A DNA stretch of 44,116 nucleotides, from IMG/VR virus record IMGVR_UViG_3300028585_000007; one strand, written 5' to 3'. The notes beneath the pieces were generated by a model. The model had not been told where the DNA came from, made no database searches, and worked only from the letters and a program-made list of their open reading frames with translations. The first letter of the stretch is position 1. Each line of letters begins with the position of its first letter. Below are positions 39,699-44,116 of the stretch, piece by piece. Both the position numbers and the translations under genes were made by a program. Origin of the DNA: a virus.

Positions 39699-40069
39699 CG
39701 CGCGACCTCGGGATCGCCCCACGGCGTCTCTGGGGCTGGGAGCCGACCATCACCACCGAGTACCACTACGGTGATGATGGTCGGCTTCTGCGTACCACCT
39801 CGCAGTCCGAGCCTGAATGGGACGACGAGCAGTACAACCTGATGATCGCGTTTGTCGATTATCAGGGCAGCATCCATGAGTGTGGGCACCCGCTGGACGA
39901 GACAACGTCCATTGAGGCTGACCGTGACAACATCAACGGCGAGTATTACTACGAAGCCGGACTGCCAATTCGGTGCCACGCGTGCACCGCGATTGCGCGG
40001 AAGCAAAAAGAGTACCCGGAACATGATTCCGCCCGCCTGTGGGTGGCGAACCGGATCGAACGAGATTAA
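39093..40069 (+). CDS. Tail assembly chaperone, long form made by a programmed -1 frameshift (slip site not fixed)
   Basis: The -1 frame is open from 39581 to TAA 40067-40069 and reads ...LGIAPRRLWGWEPTITTEYHY.... The overlap window is 39581-39698. The only slippery-like string is C-AAA-G at 39661-39665. Confidence 0.55.
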
Positions 40070-40094
40070 CTAAACAGCTGGGAGGCTACCGTTC

Positions 40095-43016
40095 ATGGAA
40101 CGTACCGTCAAAGTTCGCCTCCTAGCACAGGTCAACGGCTTCGTTGGTGGCATGGCGGAAGCCAAGAGGTCCATCAGCGACGCCCGCACCGAGATGCAGA
40201 AGATGTCGGAGGAGCGCCGCGCTACCTTCACCGACATCGGCGGTGGTATGGCGGCTGTTGGTGCCGCCGTTCTCGGCGTTACCGGCCTGGCCGTCAAGAG
40301 GTTCGCGGACTTCGACGAGCAGATGTCGTACGTCGAGGCGACAACCCGAGAATCGGCGGGGGCCATGAACCTGCTGAGGGCTGCGGCCCTCCAGGCAGGT
40401 CAAGACACGGTGTTCACCGCCGTGGAGTCCGCCGCCGCCGTGAACGAGCTGGCCAAGGCTGGTGTCTCGACCGCCGACATCCTGAGCGGTGGCCTCACCG
40501 CCGCCCTCGACCTCGCGGCTTCGTCCGGCATGGGCGTCGCCCGCGCGGCTGAGGTCATGGCCGGTGGTATGGGGATGTTCCGCCTGGCGGGAACGGACGC
40601 GGCGCAAGTCGCGGACCTCCTGTCGGCGGGTGCCAACAAGTCCATCGGTGAAGTCGACGACCTCGCCCTGGCCCTCCGCCAGGTCGGCCCCGTCGCGAAC
40701 CTCACCGGCCTCTCCATTCAGGACACGGTCGGCACGCTCGCCGCGTTCGCTTCGACGGGTCGTATCGGTCTTGACGCCGGTACTTCGTTCAAGCGTATGC
40801 TCCAGCTCCTCACCCCCCAGTCGGCTGCGGCTGCTGCGGAAATGAAGCGCCTGGGGATCTCGGGTTACGACGCTGCTGGTGAGTTCATCGGTATCGTGCC
40901 TCTGGCCGAGAACCTCAAGACCTCACTCCGCGGCCTTACCGACGAGCAGCGGAACGCGGCCCTCTCGACCATCTTCGGTTCGGACGCTATCGCCGCCGCC
41001 TCGGAGCTTTACCGCCTCGGCGGTGACGGGGTCCAGGAGTGGATCAACAAGGTCAACGACACGGGCTACGCGTCCGAGAACGCTGCGCTGCGACTCGGCA
41101 ACCTCAAGGGTGACATCGAGCAGTTCGGTGGCGCGCTTGATACCGCTCTCGTCAACGCGGGTTCGAACGCTGACGGCCCGCTGCGGTCGTTGGTCCAGGG
41201 CGCAACTGACCTGGTCAACGCGTACTCGAACGCTTCGGACCAGATGCAGGGTTCGGTGTTCTGGATCGCTGCGGTCACGGGCGGTATCGCGCTGCTGGCC
41301 GGTGCGTTCTTCCTCGCGGTGCCTCGCATCGCGGCGTACAACGAAGCGGTCGGTATTCTGACCCGTTCGATGCCCCGACTCGGCTCCGCTATCTCGGCGG
41401 TCGGCAAGGTCGGCGGCTGGGTTGCGGTGTTCGTTACGGCGTTCGCGGCGATTCAGACCTGGAGTGACTCCGTTAGGGAGTCGCTGCGGATGAACGCGTC
41501 GGAGCTGAACAACCTGGTGTCGACCTCGACCTCGGGTGCCAACACGCTCAAGAACGTCCTGACTGGGATGTCCGAAATTCAGTGGACCAAGAACGACAAC
41601 AAGGACTTCCGTACGTTCAGCTACGGACAGAAGGAAGTCATCGACAATTTCGGCATGATGATCACCATGCTGGATCGCTACAACGGTACGATGGAACAGG
41701 GACAGTGGTGGAAGAAGAACAACCAGCTGGAAGACTTCAACACCCGCATTCAGGGGTTGGGCCAGTCGCTGGCCGACCTCGCCGTCTCTGACCTGCCCGC
41801 CGCTCAGAAGTCGTTCGCCCAGCTCGCAGAGCAGACGGACGGCTCCGAAGAGCAGATCATGGCGTTGCTCAACACAATGCCCGCTTACCGGGATGCAGTG
41901 GTCGACTTGGCCACCACTCTCGGTGTGGACGCCACCGACGCTCAGTCCATGATGAACCTGGCCATGGGCGAGGGAGTCGAGGGTGCCGCCGCTCAGGTGG
42001 TTTCGCTCGGTGAAGTCTCGGCTGCGGCTGAGGACACCTCGGGCAAGGTCGCCGACCTGGCGGAGCAGATCACCAACTTCGGTAAGGCTACATTCGACAC
42101 TCGCGGCGCGCAGCAGGACTTCAACTCGGCCCTGCTCAACCTGCAAGAGAACTTCGACGCCTCGACCGAAGCCGGTCTGGCCACCACGGACATGCTGGGC
42201 CTCAACACCAAGCAGGGCATCGAGAACAACGGTGCCCTCGACACGCTGGCCAACACGACCAACAAGTACGCGGCTGCAATCTGGTCGCAGACGGGTTCGT
42301 TGGAGCAGACGGGTGCGGCGCTCGACGCCGGTCGTGCTAAGCTCCGCGAGTGGGCCATTCAGATGGGTTACCCCATCGACCAGGTCGACTCGTTCGTGGA
42401 CTCGCTTATCGCGACTCCGGCCACGGTCAGCACCCAGGTGCAGGTCAACGGTATCCCCGCCGCTGAGGAAGCGATCAACAACGTTGCTCGTTCCCGCGCG
42501 GTGGCGCTCAACATCCGGGTCAACGAGTCCATCAGCGCTGAGAACCGAGCTGGTGGTGCGAAGTCGACGGTGGGTGGCGTGCCTTACGCTACCGGTGGTG
42601 CAATTTACGGCCCCGGTACCGGCACGTCGGACGAGGCGGGCCTGTTCCGGCTCTCGAACGGTGAGCACGTGCTAACCGCGAGAGAGGTCGCCGCGATGGG
42701 CGGACAGGCGGGCGTTTACGCGTTCCGCAGGTCCATCCGCAACGGCGGCTCCGTGACCGACGCCCCGCTCTCGGCTGTGGGTAGCCAGGGCCTGGGAGCG
42801 CTTGCGGCGGCAAGTCCCGTGGTGTCCTCCGGCCCGCCCATGGTGCCGGGGGGTGCCGCGCCTGTCACTACCGTCGTCCACGTCCCCGCCGCTGAGGTGC
42901 AGGTCATGATCGACGGCAAGGGTCTTCCGCTGGAGGACATGATCGACGCTCGCATCGCTAAGAACAACCAGGACCGGAAGATGGTCGTCAGTAACGGAAA
43001 GGCAAGGAACTTCTAA
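40095..43016 (+). CDS. Tape measure protein
   Basis: 973 aa; Ala/Gly-rich helical protein with TM-like segments (VFWIAAVTGGIALLAGAFFLAV) and a C-terminal GPGTGTSDEAGLFRLSNGEHVLT motif. Confidence 0.9.
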   Translation: MERTVKVRLLAQVNGFVGGMAEAKRSISDARTEMQKMSEERRATFTDIGGGMAAVGAAVLGVTGLAVKRFADFDEQMSYVEATTRESAGAMNLLRAAALQAGQDTVFTAVESAAAVNELAKAGVSTADILSGGLTAALDLAASSGMGVARAAEVMAGGMGMFRLAGTDAAQVADLLSAGANKSIGEVDDLALALRQVGPVANLTGLSIQDTVGTLAAFASTGRIGLDAGTSFKRMLQLLTPQSAAAAAEMKRLGISGYDAAGEFIGIVPLAENLKTSLRGLTDEQRNAALSTIFGSDAIAAASELYRLGGDGVQEWINKVNDTGYASENAALRLGNLKGDIEQFGGALDTALVNAGSNADGPLRSLVQGATDLVNAYSNASDQMQGSVFWIAAVTGGIALLAGAFFLAVPRIAAYNEAVGILTRSMPRLGSAISAVGKVGGWVAVFVTAFAAIQTWSDSVRESLRMNASELNNLVSTSTSGANTLKNVLTGMSEIQWTKNDNKDFRTFSYGQKEVIDNFGMMITMLDRYNGTMEQGQWWKKNNQLEDFNTRIQGLGQSLADLAVSDLPAAQKSFAQLAEQTDGSEEQIMALLNTMPAYRDAVVDLATTLGVDATDAQSMMNLAMGEGVEGAAAQVVSLGEVSAAAEDTSGKVADLAEQITNFGKATFDTRGAQQDFNSALLNLQENFDASTEAGLATTDMLGLNTKQGIENNGALDTLANTTNKYAAAIWSQTGSLEQTGAALDAGRAKLREWAIQMGYPIDQVDSFVDSLIATPATVSTQVQVNGIPAAEEAINNVARSRAVALNIRVNESISAENRAGGAKSTVGGVPYATGGAIYGPGTGTSDEAGLFRLSNGEHVLTAREVAAMGGQAGVYAFRRSIRNGGSVTDAPLSAVGSQGLGALAAASPVVSSGPPMVPGGAAPVTTVVHVPAAEVQVMIDGKGLPLEDMIDARIAKNNQDRKMVVSNGKARNF

Positions 43017-44116
43017 ATGCTGATCAACACCGTCAAGAACCCGTCTGCAGAAACCAACACCGCATCGCTCGCCCCTGGTTCGAACGGTGCAGTAGGAATC
43101 TCAACAGACGCGGTGACCGGCCTGGGTGCCAGGTCGTACTATCTGCAGTCGAACACGGCAGCGCAATCCTCGTTCGGCTTGGTCGCCTCCGACTACGGGG
43201 TGGCCAAGCCGGGCGAGCGTTGGCACTTCCGGTGCCGCGCTCGTCTCGGGGGCATGATCGGCGCTCGTCGCCTCCGAACAGACCTGATCTTCAGGAACGC
43301 TTCGGGGGCTGCGTTGGCGTACATCCCAGCTGCGGTGGACTTCATCCCTGACGGGGTGTTCCACCGTTGGCTAGGCACGGCCAACGCGTCAGCGTCGGAG
43401 CGGTTGGAAGCCGGTGCTCGCCGGGTCAACGACATCACCGACCCACTGTTCACGAACTCGAACGCGTGGTACCGCAACCCCAGCGCGACCTACGACTTCG
43501 CTTCAGTTCCGGGCGCGGTAGTCATCGGAGTCACCACCGCTTTCCCTGCTAACGGTGCCTTGGTGACGTACCCTGCACAGGGTCAGGCCGTGGGCGAGTT
43601 TGGCTCGCCGAAAGCTTCGTCCTACCGCATTACGAACAAGGGTCCCACCGCGGTCAGTTTCTACGGCAACACCCGCGCGTACGGTTCGACGGCGTCCACG
43701 GACGGTCCCTCCAGTGCGGATCTTCTGTTGGAACCGGGCGCTTCGGGCGTACTCAGGATCCCCGCTGTGGTGCCCACCGGGGACAACCTGCTGGGTTACC
43801 GACCGCTGATCCGGACGCGCAGTGTTATCCCCGCTGGGCATGTCATCCAGGTGTCCGAGGCTATAGGTGAAACCGTAGCCACTAGCAACGACATCACAGG
43901 TTCGTTCTTCTCGGGAGCATCGGCCAACACCGGCACCGGTAAGAGCACTGACGTCCTAGACCTGGTGGTTTCCGCTGTCGCGCCCGCTGGTACTGCGTCC
44001 GTCAGTTTCTCGCTGTACCGTATGACGGACTACCAGCCCGGGGCCAACGACATCATCTACGTCGACAACCTCATGCTGGTGGAGCAGGACGGTCCGACCC
44101 CACCTTACGGGGATGG
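43017..44116 (+). CDS. 5' part of the wrap-around minor tail protein (continues at 128 after the overlap); the N-terminal region looks like carbohydrate-binding jelly-roll modules
   Basis: ATG 43017 abuts the tape measure TAA. I translated the whole stretch by hand and found no stop up to the window end. It is not in the track because it has no stop in the window. Confidence 0.8.
   Translation, partial: MLINTVKNPSAETNTASLAPGSNGAVGISTDAVTGLGARSYYLQSNTAAQSSFGLVASDYGVAKPGERWHFRCRARLGGMIGARRLRTDLIFRNASGAALAYIPAAVDFIPDGVFHRWLGTANASASERLEAGARRVNDITDPLFTNSNAWYRNPSATYDFASVPGAVVIGVTTAFPANGALVTYPAQGQAVGEFGSPKASSYRITNKGPTAVSFYGNTRAYGSTASTDGPSSADLLLEPGASGVLRIPAVVPTGDNLLGYRPLIRTRSVIPAGHVIQVSEAIGETVATSNDITGSFFSGASANTGTGKSTDVLDLVVSAVAPAGTASVSFSLYRMTDYQPGANDIIYVDNLMLVEQDGPTPPYGD
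43990..44116. repeat. Second copy of the window-terminal overlap
   Basis: Identical to 1-127. Confidence 0.95.

Overview
The window is a complete, circularly closed genome of a GC-rich actinobacteriophage with siphovirus-type structural genes. The unit length is 43,989 bp. Bases 1-127 are identical to 43990-44116, and this overlap cuts through a minor tail gene (43017 -> wrap -> 1034). Reading from base 1, the order is: minor tail genes; a lysis cassette (M15/VanY-type endolysin plus three membrane proteins, 3925-6108); two strong hairpin terminators; and an early/replication arm (HTH protein, SNF2 ATPase, RuvC-like resolvase, Cas4-type nuclease, Sak4-like ATPase, DUF669-like SSB, prim-pol/helicase, family A polymerase). 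Next come a nucleotide-metabolism block (PurA-like enzyme, helical NTPase-like protein, dUTPase); about 5 kb of very small transcription units (24.0-29.4 kb) that include the only minus-strand gene and an HNH endonuclease; and a 560-nt non-coding repeat region. The late operon follows: TerS, TerL, portal, MuF-like protein, scaffold, major capsid, connectors, major tail, frameshifted chaperones and tape measure. I did not recognise an integrase, repressor or capsid protease. The main hunt results are as follows. (1) The PolA / short PurA-like / NTPase-like block fits the known PurZ-DpoZ 2-aminoadenine (Z-base) DNA pathway, which is the strongest candidate for a special system here. (2) About 18 copies of one promoter family (CTTG[A/C/T][C/G]N - 17/18 nt - TGn-TA[T/G][A/G]CT) occur, some feeding leaderless genes and others feeding conserved hairpin leaders. 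(3) A four-member paralogous protein family shares a Cys-rich/PGHDAR module. (4) There are several unexplained repeat systems: TGGCCCGGCTTC x6 in two clusters, an NNATAG hexamer array, TACAGCAC x3 next to an AT-rich patch, and a GT-skewed ~55-bp repeat array upstream of terS. (5) A non-canonical tRNA-like element sits at the 5' end of the PurA-like operon transcript. All functional calls come from motif reading and gene order only; no database search was possible.
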